A DNA stretch of 61,636 nt, filler included. It is 5 parts of 5 records of this genome, joined end to end, with 100 filler letters (N's around TTAATTAATTAA, not from the genome) between each part and the next. Parts side by side here need not be neighbours in the genome. Positions count along the whole stretch, not along the records: positions 30,451 to 43,437 come from DRR378314_2664; positions 43,538 to 61,636 come from DRR378314_2669; 3 more parts are not named here. One strand, written 5' to 3'. Positions 34,189 to 43,691 of this stretch are shown in pieces. The notes under the pieces were generated by a model, which saw nothing but the letters and a program-made list of their open reading frames with translations, was not told where the DNA came from and searched no databases. How positions within the stretch are numbered: the stretch's first letter is position 1; each line of letters starts with the position of its first letter. Both the position numbers and the translations under genes were made by a program.

Positions 34189-34575
34189 TCAGTTCTTCAG
34201 TTTGTAGCGGCCCGGCCCAAGAAACACAACGGCGATGGCAATGAACAGGAAGAAGCCCTGCAGCTCGAGAGCCCAGCCGCCGTTGTTGCCCAGAGCCATC
34301 AACTCATGGCTGTGTACCAGGGCGATGGCCACCAGCATGTTGAAGGCGATCAGCAAGGCACCGATACGGGTCTGGTAGCCCAGGATCACCATCAGGGGGG
34401 CCAGTAGCTCGCCAACGAACACGCCCCAGGCAAAAAAAGCGGGAATGCCATGGCTGGCCAATTGGCCTTCAATGAATCCAACGCCGTGGAACAGCTTGGC
34501 AATGCCATGGAACAGCAGCAGTCCGCCAAGGGTCAGACGAACAATCAGTTTTCCCAGATCCGCGTTGTCGAGCAA
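34189..34575 (-). CDS. DoxX family membrane protein
   Basis: RLTLGGLLLFHGIAK, GELLAP, GPGRY. Confidence 0.88.
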   Translation of the reverse strand: MLDNADLGKLIVRLTLGGLLLFHGIAKLFHGVGFIEGQLASHGIPAFFAWGVFVGELLAPLMVILGYQTRIGALLIAFNMLVAIALVHSHELMALGNNGGWALELQGFFLFIAIAVVFLGPGRYKLKN

Positions 34576-34647
34576 GGTTTGTCTCCTGTCAGGAAAGGTG
34601 GACGATGTACCGGTCAGCGGGCAAGCTTAACCGGTTTGCCGCTGGGC

Positions 34648-35088
34648 TCAAAGGTTGCGTATCTGGGGGTACATGGGCACCAGCTTTTTGATCAACCGGT
34701 TTTGGGCTGCAGTGGGCACGCCGTTCTCTTCCATGGCAAGAATCAGGTTCTCCGCCATGGCGTTGAACTGAGTGTCTGTCACGTTCATGTCCGCGTGACC
34801 TTCGCGCATCGGCCTGCCATTGTAGGTGCAGGGGCCGCCACTAAGTTCACAAAGCTGATCCGTGAGATTGGTGTGGAACTGGCGGACGTCAATACCCCGG
34901 AATTGTTCATTGATCCGATCGTCTTCGACAATGAGGTAGAGCAGGTCCTCGACGATGCTGGCTATGCCGGAACGTTCGCCAAGTTGCTGATAGAGCGACG
35001 TGCCCTGTTGGCGGGTGTCCCCTGTGGTCTGACACCCTGAGAGGGCCAGCACGGACAACAGGGCCACGACGATGGTGGAATGTTTCAT
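34648..35088 (-). CDS. Group I truncated hemoglobin with a lipoprotein signal
   Basis: LSGC lipobox; SLYQQLG, DDRINEQF, GGPCTYNGRPMREGH (proximal His). Confidence 0.88.
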   Translation of the reverse strand: MKHSTIVVALLSVLALSGCQTTGDTRQQGTSLYQQLGERSGIASIVEDLLYLIVEDDRINEQFRGIDVRQFHTNLTDQLCELSGGPCTYNGRPMREGHADMNVTDTQFNAMAENLILAMEENGVPTAAQNRLIKKLVPMYPQIRNL

Positions 35089-35105
35089 AGTATCCTCCCG
35101 AAGTG

Positions 35106-35987
35106 TCAGAAACTGGCCTGCAAGGAAAGGTAGGCGCCACGCTGGTTGTCCAGGGTGGCAACATCACCGAGATTCACCAGGGCGGCAGTGACCGACAGCC
35201 GCCTGTCGGGAACCCAGGCGACAAAGACGTCCCACCAGTCGTCTTCGGTGGCAAAACCCAGATTGTCCGGTTTCTGACGGTACTCGGTGCCTACCAGCCA
35301 TTGGCGCGTCAGGAACAAACCGACGCTGCCCTCAAACATGGCCTCGTAGCTGTCATTGCGGTCCCCACCGAAACCCAACAAGCCGCCCTGGTTGGCTTTG
35401 GTGGCGCGAACGGTGCCATTGACCAGAAGGTTGCGCCCCATCACTGCCGCGAAGAAGAGTTTGCTGCCGCCAACATAGACGTCGGTGCCACTGTCGTCTT
35501 CGGCGCCGATGGCGTCGGGTACCGTAAACTCCCGGTTACGTTTGTGCAGCAGCCCGGCCGACCATTGGCCCCAGGGACTGTAAAGGGCGTCACCGGTGAG
35601 CCGAACCTTGAGACCGAAAACGTCCTGGACGAGTTCGTCTTCCTCAAGACCGAAACCGTCTTTCAGGGTGAACACCAGGCTGTCCAGATCCAGGGTCTGG
35701 CGTGCCAGGGTCAGTTCTACCCGGTTGTTCCAGGTGACCCCCGCCCCGACCACCGACAAGGTGTAGTCGTCGGTCTCAGCGTGGGACAGCGTCAGCGTAC
35801 CGCCCCACTCTTCATCGCTGGCGTAGCCGCCAAGCAGAGCCCAGGGAGAGAGGCCGCCACCGGCGGCGCCCTCGACAGAGGTAACTCCGCCGGTGGCCCA
35901 CAATCGGCTGCCGGTGTCTGCAGACAGGTTTGCTGATACCAGTAGTGCCAGTAAACCGGCACTCAATCCCCTGGCCGTAGATGTCAT
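35106..35987 (-). CDS. DUF3034 family, probable outer-membrane beta-barrel
   Basis: Signal peptide, ATGGVTSVEGAAGGGLSPWA, EYRQKPDNL, C-terminal YLSLQASF. Confidence 0.82.
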   Translation of the reverse strand: MTSTARGLSAGLLALLVSANLSADTGSRLWATGGVTSVEGAAGGGLSPWALLGGYASDEEWGGTLTLSHAETDDYTLSVVGAGVTWNNRVELTLARQTLDLDSLVFTLKDGFGLEEDELVQDVFGLKVRLTGDALYSPWGQWSAGLLHKRNREFTVPDAIGAEDDSGTDVYVGGSKLFFAAVMGRNLLVNGTVRATKANQGGLLGFGGDRNDSYEAMFEGSVGLFLTRQWLVGTEYRQKPDNLGFATEDDWWDVFVAWVPDRRLSVTAALVNLGDVATLDNQRGAYLSLQASF

Positions 35988-38359
35988 GACGTGGTTTCTC
36001 CTGTGTCTGTGAGTTCCCGCCGCCGACTTGTCAGCGTCGTTTCCGTATCGTGCAGGTCGCCCGAAGCGACGGGGCGGCTGAGGAAGAATCCCTGCCCGAT
36101 CTCACAGCCCCAGCCCCGCAGCAGTCTCCAGCTTTCGGCGTTCTCGATGCCTTCTGCGACAACCCGCAAACCCAGGCCGTGGGCCATATCAATGGTGGAA
36201 CGAACGATGAGTTGGTCCTGGGGTTCCGTGTTCAGCCGCAGAACGAAGGATTTGTCGATCTTGAGTTCCTGCACCGGCAGGTTGCGCAATTGCGAGAGTG
36301 AAGAATAGCCTGTGCCAAAATCATCCACCGACAGTGTTACGCCGAGTTGGCGTAAGCGCCGCAGGGTTTCAAAGGCGGTTTCGGGTTCTTCCATAAGGGC
36401 GCTTTCGGTCACCTCCAGGGTGATGCTGGACATGGGCAACTGCCATTTGGAAAACGCGTCGGCAACTTCCCTGGCGAGTTCCGGGCGGGTCAGGTCCAGC
36501 GCCGAGAGGTTGATGGCAACACCGATGTTCAGGCCTGCGTCATGCCACTTGCCCGCGTCGCTGGCAACGCGGCGGAGGATATGTCGGGTAAGGTCGGTGA
36601 TCTGTCCGGATTGCTCCGCCAGGAAAATGAATTCTTCCGGGGAAATGAAGCCCAGCTCCGGGTGAATCCACCGCACCAGTGCCTCGGCCTGATGGAAGCC
36701 GGCGGACGCCATTTCAAGTTTGGGCTGGTAGTTCATATGCAAGCCGTTGCTTGCAATGGCGTGGTGCAAGTCAGAGATCAGTTGAAGTTCTCTCAGATGG
36801 TTCTCATCGCGTCCAGGCTGGTAGTGGGTAACGGGCAACCGACTTTTCACTGCCTGTTCGAATGTCAGGTTCAGTCGCCGGCGAACCTGGTCGGTGTCGA
36901 TGGCGTCCTTGGGCAACTGCAGCGTTACCATGGTGCAGCGAAGGGAGAACGGCGTACTGTCAATAAACAAGGGCGACTCCACGATTTTGCTGAGCGTCAT
37001 CGCAAGTTTATCGAGTTCGGGCTGTGACTTCGGCGTGGCGGTCATCAGAAACTCGGCACCTCCGGTCTTCGCCAGTGCCGAGCTGTCGGGTAATGCTTCT
37101 CCCAGCCTTTCCGACACCGCTCGCAGAACCTTGTCTCCGAAGGCGAGCCCCAGGGTGTCATTGACGTCAGAAATGTCATTGATGCGCAGGCCCATCAGGC
37201 AGCACGGGCGTTGGTTGTTGAACTGCTCCCGCAGGTGTGACAGGAAGGCGTTCCGATTGGGTAGTCCGGTAATTTCGTCGTGGCTGGCGGCGTACCGGAT
37301 CTGATCTTCCCGGTCCCGCAATTTGGCCAGCATATCCCCAAGGGCCTGGCGCAGCTGAGCCAGTTCACCGCCGGCACGTATTCGCGGCGGCGACGGTGTA
37401 CGGCCGTCCCCGATGGACTTCGCATAATCCGCCAGTTGCAGTACCGGCCGCCCTATATTACGCGCGATGATAAGCGCGATCAGGGCGGCCAGTACAAGAA
37501 CGGCGCTGACCAGCAGAAGGATTTCCACCGCACGTCGGTAATAGTTGCTGAGGCGCGCCTCACGGTTGATCAGCATCAGCATTTGCAGGGCGGGTGCCTG
37601 GTCTTCGTTCAAGCTGATGATGCGGGTGAAGTAGTGGGTGCTTTCGAGGAACCGGTTATTGCCAACCGTTTTCGCCATAGCGTTGGCAAGCTCGGCCTGC
37701 CGGGAAGCGTTGATGGTGTCGGGCGCCGAGAGGAACCGGAAGTCGTCATCCTGCCCGGAACGGGCTCTCAACAACACCTCGGTTCCGCTCAATCGGCCGA
37801 TGATGTTGCTCAATTCGCCTTCCATGTTGAACCCGGCAATCAGCCATGCCCGTAAACCGGGTGCTTCCACGGGGATAGCCAGCAGTTCAAAGCCGGTGTC
37901 GTTGAAAACGCTCATGTCGCTGGCGAAGCCGGACGCTCTCGCTTCGGACAGCAGTTCGCTGGCCAGCGAACTGTCTGGCAATCGGACTGGCACGGTGCCG
38001 GTGTCTGCCAGGACGCCACCCTCACTGTCCAGCAACAGGGCAAAGTCGGCCCCCACCCTCATGGCGTGATTGGTCAACGCACTGTTTGCCGTCGGGCGGT
38101 CACCACTGGCAATGGCGGAACGAAAGCCAAAATCACGAACCACAACATCCAGCCGTGAAAGAATCAGGCTGGTGCGGCGCTCGAGCACTTCATCAGCCAC
38201 CCGTTCACCGAGGTTGAGTTGTTCAAGCGCGCGGGCCTTTTCATCCTCGAACAGGTAAATCATCAGCAGGGCACCGATGCTGAGGCTGACAATTGCCACC
38301 AGGGCAACCATGGCAGTCAATAGGCGCCCGCGAAACCCGATGCGATTAGCAAGCCCCAT
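35984..38359 (-). CDS. Membrane sensor with HAMP, degenerate GGDEF and EAL domains (c-di-GMP phosphodiesterase)
   Basis: Two TM helices flanking a periplasmic domain; GGAEF; intact EAL, DDFGTGYSS, ELKID, EGIE, QGF. Confidence 0.9.
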   Translation of the reverse strand: MGLANRIGFRGRLLTAMVALVAIVSLSIGALLMIYLFEDEKARALEQLNLGERVADEVLERRTSLILSRLDVVVRDFGFRSAIASGDRPTANSALTNHAMRVGADFALLLDSEGGVLADTGTVPVRLPDSSLASELLSEARASGFASDMSVFNDTGFELLAIPVEAPGLRAWLIAGFNMEGELSNIIGRLSGTEVLLRARSGQDDDFRFLSAPDTINASRQAELANAMAKTVGNNRFLESTHYFTRIISLNEDQAPALQMLMLINREARLSNYYRRAVEILLLVSAVLVLAALIALIIARNIGRPVLQLADYAKSIGDGRTPSPPRIRAGGELAQLRQALGDMLAKLRDREDQIRYAASHDEITGLPNRNAFLSHLREQFNNQRPCCLMGLRINDISDVNDTLGLAFGDKVLRAVSERLGEALPDSSALAKTGGAEFLMTATPKSQPELDKLAMTLSKIVESPLFIDSTPFSLRCTMVTLQLPKDAIDTDQVRRRLNLTFEQAVKSRLPVTHYQPGRDENHLRELQLISDLHHAIASNGLHMNYQPKLEMASAGFHQAEALVRWIHPELGFISPEEFIFLAEQSGQITDLTRHILRRVASDAGKWHDAGLNIGVAINLSALDLTRPELAREVADAFSKWQLPMSSITLEVTESALMEEPETAFETLRRLRQLGVTLSVDDFGTGYSSLSQLRNLPVQELKIDKSFVLRLNTEPQDQLIVRSTIDMAHGLGLRVVAEGIENAESWRLLRGWGCEIGQGFFLSRPVASGDLHDTETTLTSRRRELTDTGETTS

Positions 38360-39027
38360 TACAGCTCCCGGAAACGTTCTTGCAGGCCGTCGAACTGGTC
38401 ATTGCTGGCGGGTTGGGGGGATAGCTCAACGGGCACGCGGATCGGGTCAGCGTAGGGGGGCTCAATGGTGAGCCGCACCATGCGGGTGTTATCCGTCAGG
38501 CGTGGGTGCCAAAGCTGCAATTGGAGCTCACTGTCGCCAGGGCTCCCGTTATCCGTGGTTGGCAGGTCGAGGGTAAGCCTGCCCTGTTCATCGGTGCGGC
38601 CGGCGGGTGTGCTGTCGGTCACCAGAATGAAGGCCTGCATGTGATCATGAATGTTGCAGCCAATCTCGACCACGCCGGTCTTGTCAAAAACGACCGGCGC
38701 CTCTGGTCGTCCGGCGTAGAGTTCTATATTGAACACTTTGGCGGGCGAAAACGAATAAACGTGGTGCTGGGTGTTGTCCCGGTTGGGGAAATCCACCCTG
38801 GAGTTTTTCGGGATGATCAGCGTTTGGGGATGGAACTGCCTGTTTTTTTGCGTGATTTCCGCTCTGACAGGATCGCTCGCCGGGCCGTTTGCAGGAATCA
38901 CAATGACATCGGCTATCGCAGACCCGGAGTTGCTGTCGATCAGTTCAAGGGTCAGCGTGGCAGTCCCTGCGCCGTAACAGAGAGAGCCTGCAAGCGCCAG
39001 TAGCAGGGTAATGGTCGGTCTGTACAT
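38359..39027 (-). CDS. Secreted cupredoxin-like protein (often labelled methylamine utilization protein)
   Basis: Signal peptide; FPNRDNTQHHVYSFS and GCNIHDHM give an H...C-x2-H-x2-M copper ligand set. Confidence 0.8.
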   Translation of the reverse strand: MYRPTITLLLALAGSLCYGAGTATLTLELIDSNSGSAIADVIVIPANGPASDPVRAEITQKNRQFHPQTLIIPKNSRVDFPNRDNTQHHVYSFSPAKVFNIELYAGRPEAPVVFDKTGVVEIGCNIHDHMQAFILVTDSTPAGRTDEQGRLTLDLPTTDNGSPGDSELQLQLWHPRLTDNTRMVRLTIEPPYADPIRVPVELSPQPASNDQFDGLQERFREL

Positions 39028-39050
39028 CTATGTGAGCCATCCGTATGTGT

Positions 39051-39758
39051 CTACAACCCCGTACCCAACGACAAACGTATGTGGTTACGGACCAGCAGGT
39101 TTTCCCAATAGTGTCTCATCCAGTCCCATGCAGCGTTCCTTGTCTGTTCTACGAACGGATCCAGATTCAGTTCGTAATAGTCTGGTGAGCCGGCAATCTG
39201 CAACACGGTGACCGTGATGGACTGGTCCAGTTCGTTGGCGAAAGGCTCGCCGATCAACTGATGTGCCAGCAGGTTGGCCCGTGTGGCCTCCACATCGACC
39301 AATTCGCTGGCGCGGGTGGAGCGATTGTTGTCGTACATTTCCTCCATCAGCCGGTGGCAGAGATAGGCTCGTATCAGCAGCCCGTCGAGGCCATCATAAC
39401 GTACCAGAAGAACCGACGGTTGGGTAAAGTAACCGATCGCCGCATCCACAAAGGGCGCAAACAACTCTGCCTTGCCAGCTTCCTTGGCGCAGGCTTCCAC
39501 GCATTCAATCAGTCTTGGTGCCATCTCGATGTATTCGATGGCGAACTGGAACAGACAGGTGGCAGGCTGATAACCATCGATGGTGATGGTGGCAGGCAGC
39601 GACGCCGCCCTTTCCCGCAGCTGCTTGAGAAAGGTGCCGGAGCGGGCTTCCTGCCGTCGGGCCTGATCAATGATGTCGAGAACTACCTTTGGTGTCATTT
39701 CAGGAGATGCCGGTCTCTGAACGGAATGGGGTCGCAAGGCGCCTCCCGTTATACGCAT
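39051..39758 (-). CDS. Hypothetical helical protein
   Basis: 235-aa ORF filling the gap, 23 bp upstream of the cupredoxin gene on the same strand; start uncertain. Confidence 0.7.
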   Translation of the reverse strand: MRITGGALRPHSVQRPASPEMTPKVVLDIIDQARRQEARSGTFLKQLRERAASLPATITIDGYQPATCLFQFAIEYIEMAPRLIECVEACAKEAGKAELFAPFVDAAIGYFTQPSVLLVRYDGLDGLLIRAYLCHRLMEEMYDNNRSTRASELVDVEATRANLLAHQLIGEPFANELDQSITVTVLQIAGSPDYYELNLDPFVEQTRNAAWDWMRHYWENLLVRNHIRLSLGTGL

Positions 39759-39898
39759 GGGATCGTCAGGGGCATGGGGAAGCGGCTGGCTACCGCAACA
39801 TGCCTGCCTTTTCCCACAAGTGTAGACGAGTTTTAACAGGCTGCTCTGGTGTGCACATTAAACTGAACAGGATGTCTATGGTTCGCCCACTGGGGCCA

Positions 39899-41233
39899 TC
39901 AGTGTTCTGAAAACCAGCGATCGTGGCGGGAATGACTCACAAATAGCCATCCCATGGAAGCAGCTCGCGACAGCATCAGGCAGATTAACGAGAACCACAG
40001 GCCGTGATTGCCCCATCCAGTGGTCAGCCACCACACCGGCAGGAACACACCCAGCGCCGAGAACACCATGGTGTTTTGCATATCCCGGGTGCGGGTGGCC
40101 CCGATAAATACGCCGTCCAGCAGGAATCCCCATACCGAGGCCAGGGGTAACATCCACAGCCAGGGCAGATAGTCCCAGGCGGTCGCACGCACCTCCTCAA
40201 TGCCCGTCAGCAGGCTGATGAGAAGGCGCCCGCCAAGGACAAAGGCAACCGTAAACAGCACCGAGCCCCACAACGACCACCGAAAGGCTACCCGGAACAC
40301 GTTCTTGAACTGGCGCCGGCTGTTACGGCCGACGGCTTCGCCAATCAGCGCTTCGGCGGCATTGGCGAAGCCGTCAAGGCCGTTTGAAATCACCAGCAGA
40401 AAGGTAATCAATACGGCGTTGGCGGCCAGTATGGTGTCGCCCTGCCGGGCCCCCTGAGCCGTGAAAAAGGCCAGTACCAGAAGCAGGGCGATGGTGCGCA
40501 CCATGATGTACCGGTTGACCTGTAATATCCTGAGGTAATCCCGCATCTGCCCGAACAGCGCCCGCTCGAACCCCTGGCCGTCGGGCATGCGTTTCAGAAC
40601 CATGTAAAATCCGATGGCGGCCGCGGAGTACTCCGCCATGACGGTGGCCATGGCAACGCCCCGACTGTTCCAGCCAAAGCCGGTGACAAACAGCACATCA
40701 AGAAGGATGTTCAGCCCGTTGGCGACGATCAGCATGACCATCGGCCCTCGTGCGAACTGGGTACCGATCAGCCAGCCCACCAGGGTGTACTGGCATAGCA
40801 CCGCCGGAGCGCTCCATATGCGGATACTGGCGTATTCCGCCGCCAGCTCGGCAACCCGTTCACTGGGGTTCATCAGTGCCAGGCCCAGTTTGATGAGTGG
40901 CTGGTGAAACAGGATCAGCAACAGGCCAATACCGGTGGCGAGCAGCACGGAGCGCAGCAGCAAGGCAATCTGCGCGAATTCATCGCGCTTGCCCCAAGCC
41001 TGGGCCGCCAGCCCCGTCGTACCCATTCGCATGAAGCCAAAGGTCCAGTAGAGGATGCTGAACAGGTTGGCGCCCACGGCGACCGCGCCCAGGTACTCTG
41101 GTGTTTCCAGGTGTCCCAGCACCGCGGTGTCTACCAATCCGAGCAACGGCACTGTCAGATTGGTCAGCATCAGCGGCCAGGCCAGGGCCCAGAGTCTGCG
41201 ATCGATGGTCTCGAGCTTCGGGGACGATTTCAC
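39899..41233 (-). CDS. MATE efflux transporter (DinF-like)
   Basis: PLLGLVDTAVLGHL, FMRMGTTGLAAQA, 12 TM segments. Confidence 0.92.
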   Translation of the reverse strand: MKSSPKLETIDRRLWALAWPLMLTNLTVPLLGLVDTAVLGHLETPEYLGAVAVGANLFSILYWTFGFMRMGTTGLAAQAWGKRDEFAQIALLLRSVLLATGIGLLLILFHQPLIKLGLALMNPSERVAELAAEYASIRIWSAPAVLCQYTLVGWLIGTQFARGPMVMLIVANGLNILLDVLFVTGFGWNSRGVAMATVMAEYSAAAIGFYMVLKRMPDGQGFERALFGQMRDYLRILQVNRYIMVRTIALLLVLAFFTAQGARQGDTILAANAVLITFLLVISNGLDGFANAAEALIGEAVGRNSRRQFKNVFRVAFRWSLWGSVLFTVAFVLGGRLLISLLTGIEEVRATAWDYLPWLWMLPLASVWGFLLDGVFIGATRTRDMQNTMVFSALGVFLPVWWLTTGWGNHGLWFSLICLMLSRAASMGWLFVSHSRHDRWFSEH

Positions 41234-41433
41234 GGAAATGAGCGACCTTCTTTCTTTAATATATTTCTAGGTGGATGGACTTTCGCATTTTTTTGATCTG
41301 TGTCTATACTGAGTTGTGAATCATCCATAGCAGACTTCCACTCTGGCTCGAACAGTGTGTGCGAGCACTGTCCGGAACAGAGGGATTGGACGCAAAATCC
41401 GACAAGAATAACACTCTGTGGAGACACAGTATT

Positions 41434-42558
41434 ATGCGCGTGCACGCTAAGCGGGCAGGTGTCCTCTTGGGCGGGCTTATGACGCCAGCGTTGTCCATGG
41501 CGGACTGGACGCTGAACATGAGTCCCGGGGTCACCGGTACCAGTAATGAAATCTTCAGCCTTCACATGACGATCCTCTGGATCTGCGTTGTCATCGGCAT
41601 CGTGGTATTCGGGGTCATGTTCTGGTCAATCTTCGCTCACCGCAAGTCCCCGGGCCGAAAACCCGCGAACTTCCATGAAAATACCCTGGTCGAGATTCTG
41701 TGGACCATTATCCCTCTGGTGATTCTTGTGGTCATGGCCATCCCTGCCACTGCAACGCTCGTGGACATGTACGACACCAGTGAGGCAGACGTTGACATCA
41801 AGGTCACCGGCTACCAGTGGCGCTGGAAATACGACTATATAGAGGATGATTTTGGATACTTCTCCAACATCACCACCAGCGACGACGAGATCTATAACCG
41901 CACCAATAAATCGGAAAACTACCTTCTTGAGGTGGATAATCCGATGGTGGTTCCCGTGGGGGCGAAGATTCGCCTGCTGGTCACGGCCAATGATGTCATC
42001 CACTCCTGGTGGGTCCCTGCGTTTGGCGTGAAGAAAGACGCTATCCCCGGCTTTGTGAACGAAACCTGGACCCGGGTTGATGAGCCAGGCATTTATCGCG
42101 GTCAGTGCACCGAGTTGTGTGGTGTCAAGCACGGCTTCATGCCAGTGGTCGTCAAAGCGGTGCCGCAGGATGAGTACGACGCCTGGGTGGCCGAGCAGAA
42201 GGAAGCCGCCCAGCGTGAGCGTGAACTCACCGAAAAGGACTGGACCCTTGAAGAGCTGATGGCCCGTGGCGAGAAAGCGTATGCCAGTGCCTGCGCCGCT
42301 TGTCACCAGGCGGATGGCAGTGGCGCGCCACCAGCGTTCCCGGCCCTGAAAGGCAGCAAGATTGCGACTGAGGACATGCAGGCGCACCTTGATATTGTCG
42401 TCAATGGCGTTTCCGGCACTGCCATGCAGGCGTTCGGCGGGCAGTTGAGCGAAGTCGACCTCGCTGCCGTCATCACCTATGAGCGGAATGCCTGGGGCAA
42501 TGACACCGGTGAAATGGTGACGCCAAAAGAAGTGTTTGAGTACAAGAATCAGGAATGA
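41434..42558 (+). CDS. coxB: Cytochrome c oxidase subunit II with fused cytochrome c domain
   Basis: DVIHSWW, CuA motif CTELCGVKHGFM, C-terminal CAACH. Confidence 0.95.
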   Translation: MRVHAKRAGVLLGGLMTPALSMADWTLNMSPGVTGTSNEIFSLHMTILWICVVIGIVVFGVMFWSIFAHRKSPGRKPANFHENTLVEILWTIIPLVILVVMAIPATATLVDMYDTSEADVDIKVTGYQWRWKYDYIEDDFGYFSNITTSDDEIYNRTNKSENYLLEVDNPMVVPVGAKIRLLVTANDVIHSWWVPAFGVKKDAIPGFVNETWTRVDEPGIYRGQCTELCGVKHGFMPVVVKAVPQDEYDAWVAEQKEAAQRERELTEKDWTLEELMARGEKAYASACAACHQADGSGAPPAFPALKGSKIATEDMQAHLDIVVNGVSGTAMQAFGGQLSEVDLAAVITYERNAWGNDTGEMVTPKEVFEYKNQE

Positions 42559-42564
42559 TGAACC

Positions 42565-42596
42565 GGGTGGGTTGAGGCGAAGACTTCAACCCACCC
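42565..42596. repeat. GC-rich hairpin (REP-like) between coxB and coxA
   Basis: GGGTGGGTTGAG...TTCAACCCACCC. Confidence 0.6.
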
Positions 42597-42660
42597 CATC
42601 CAACGACGCCAGATTAATGACATCACCAGCCTGAACATACGGCGGTAACGGGGGTTTTTC

Positions 42661-43437
42661 ATGAGTGCGGTTGCAGATACCCACGCCCAGGACGATCATC
42701 ACCACGGCCCCGCGAAGGGCTTTTCTCGGTGGCTGCTGACGACCAACCATAAAGATATCGGGACCATGTACCTGATATTCAGTTTCACGATGTTCCTGCT
42801 CGGTGGAACCATGGCCATGGTGATCCGGGCCGAACTGTTCCAGCCGGGCCTGCAGATTGTTGAGCCTGAATTCTTCAACCAGATGACGACCATGCATGGT
42901 CTGATCATGGTGTTTGGCGCGGTAATGCCGGCCTTCGTTGGCCTCGCCAACTGGATGATACCGCTGATGGTGGGCGCTCCGGACATGGCGCTGCCACGAA
43001 TGAATAACTGGAGCTTCTGGCTCCTGCCCTGCGCCTTCCTGATTCTGGTGTCCACCCTGTTCATGGAGGGTGGGGCTCCAAACTTCGGCTGGACATTCTA
43101 CGCGCCGCTGTCGACGACCTATGGCCCGCCCAGTACCACCTTCTTCATCTTCGCCGTCCACATCATGGGTGTGTCGTCGATCATGGGTGCCATCAACGTG
43201 ATCGCCACGATTCTGAACATGCGGGCACCGGGCATGACCCTGATGAAAATGCCCCTGTTCGTCTGGACCTGGCTGATCACTGCGTTCCTGCTGATCGCCG
43301 TTATGCCAGTGCTGGCCGGTGTTGTCACCATGATGCTGATGGACATCAACTTTGGCACCAGCTTCTTCGATGCCTCTGGTGGTGGTGACCCGGTGCTTTT
43401 CCAGCATGTGTTCTGGTTCTTCGGGCACCCCGAGGTG
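42661..43437 (+). CDS. coxA: Cytochrome c oxidase subunit I (3'-truncated)
   Basis: TTNHKDIGTMY, HGLIMVF, GGGDPVLFQHVFWFFGHPEV. Confidence 0.97.
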
Positions 43438-43537
43438 NNNNNNNNNNNNNNNNNNNNNNNNNNNNNNNNNNNNNNNNNNNNTTAATTAATTAANNNNNNN
43501 NNNNNNNNNNNNNNNNNNNNNNNNNNNNNNNNNNNNN
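43438..43537. other. Artificial contig spacer
   Basis: 44 N + TTAATTAATTAA + 44 N. Confidence 0.97.
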
Positions 43538-43634
43538 CAAATGGGACATTTCTACTTGGTTGCAACATGCACGTGTAGCAGGGTGGATTCACAAACGAAA
43601 TCCACGACCTTTTATCAAAGCGAGTTGTTGCCGA

Positions 43635-43653
43635 ATACTATATTATATAGTAT
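43635..43653. promoter_or_regulatory. Perfect 9-1-9 palindromic operator upstream of the ALDH gene
   Basis: ATACTATAT-T-ATATAGTAT, 38 nt before the ATG and immediately after a TTGCCG -35-like box. Confidence 0.8.
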
Positions 43654-43691
43654 ATCTGTTTACGAAACTCCGCTTGTTTACGAGGCAAGAA

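Noticed and set aside
38359-39027. Methylamine utilisation function
   Set aside because: No mau genes nearby; only the cupredoxin-like ligand set is supported.
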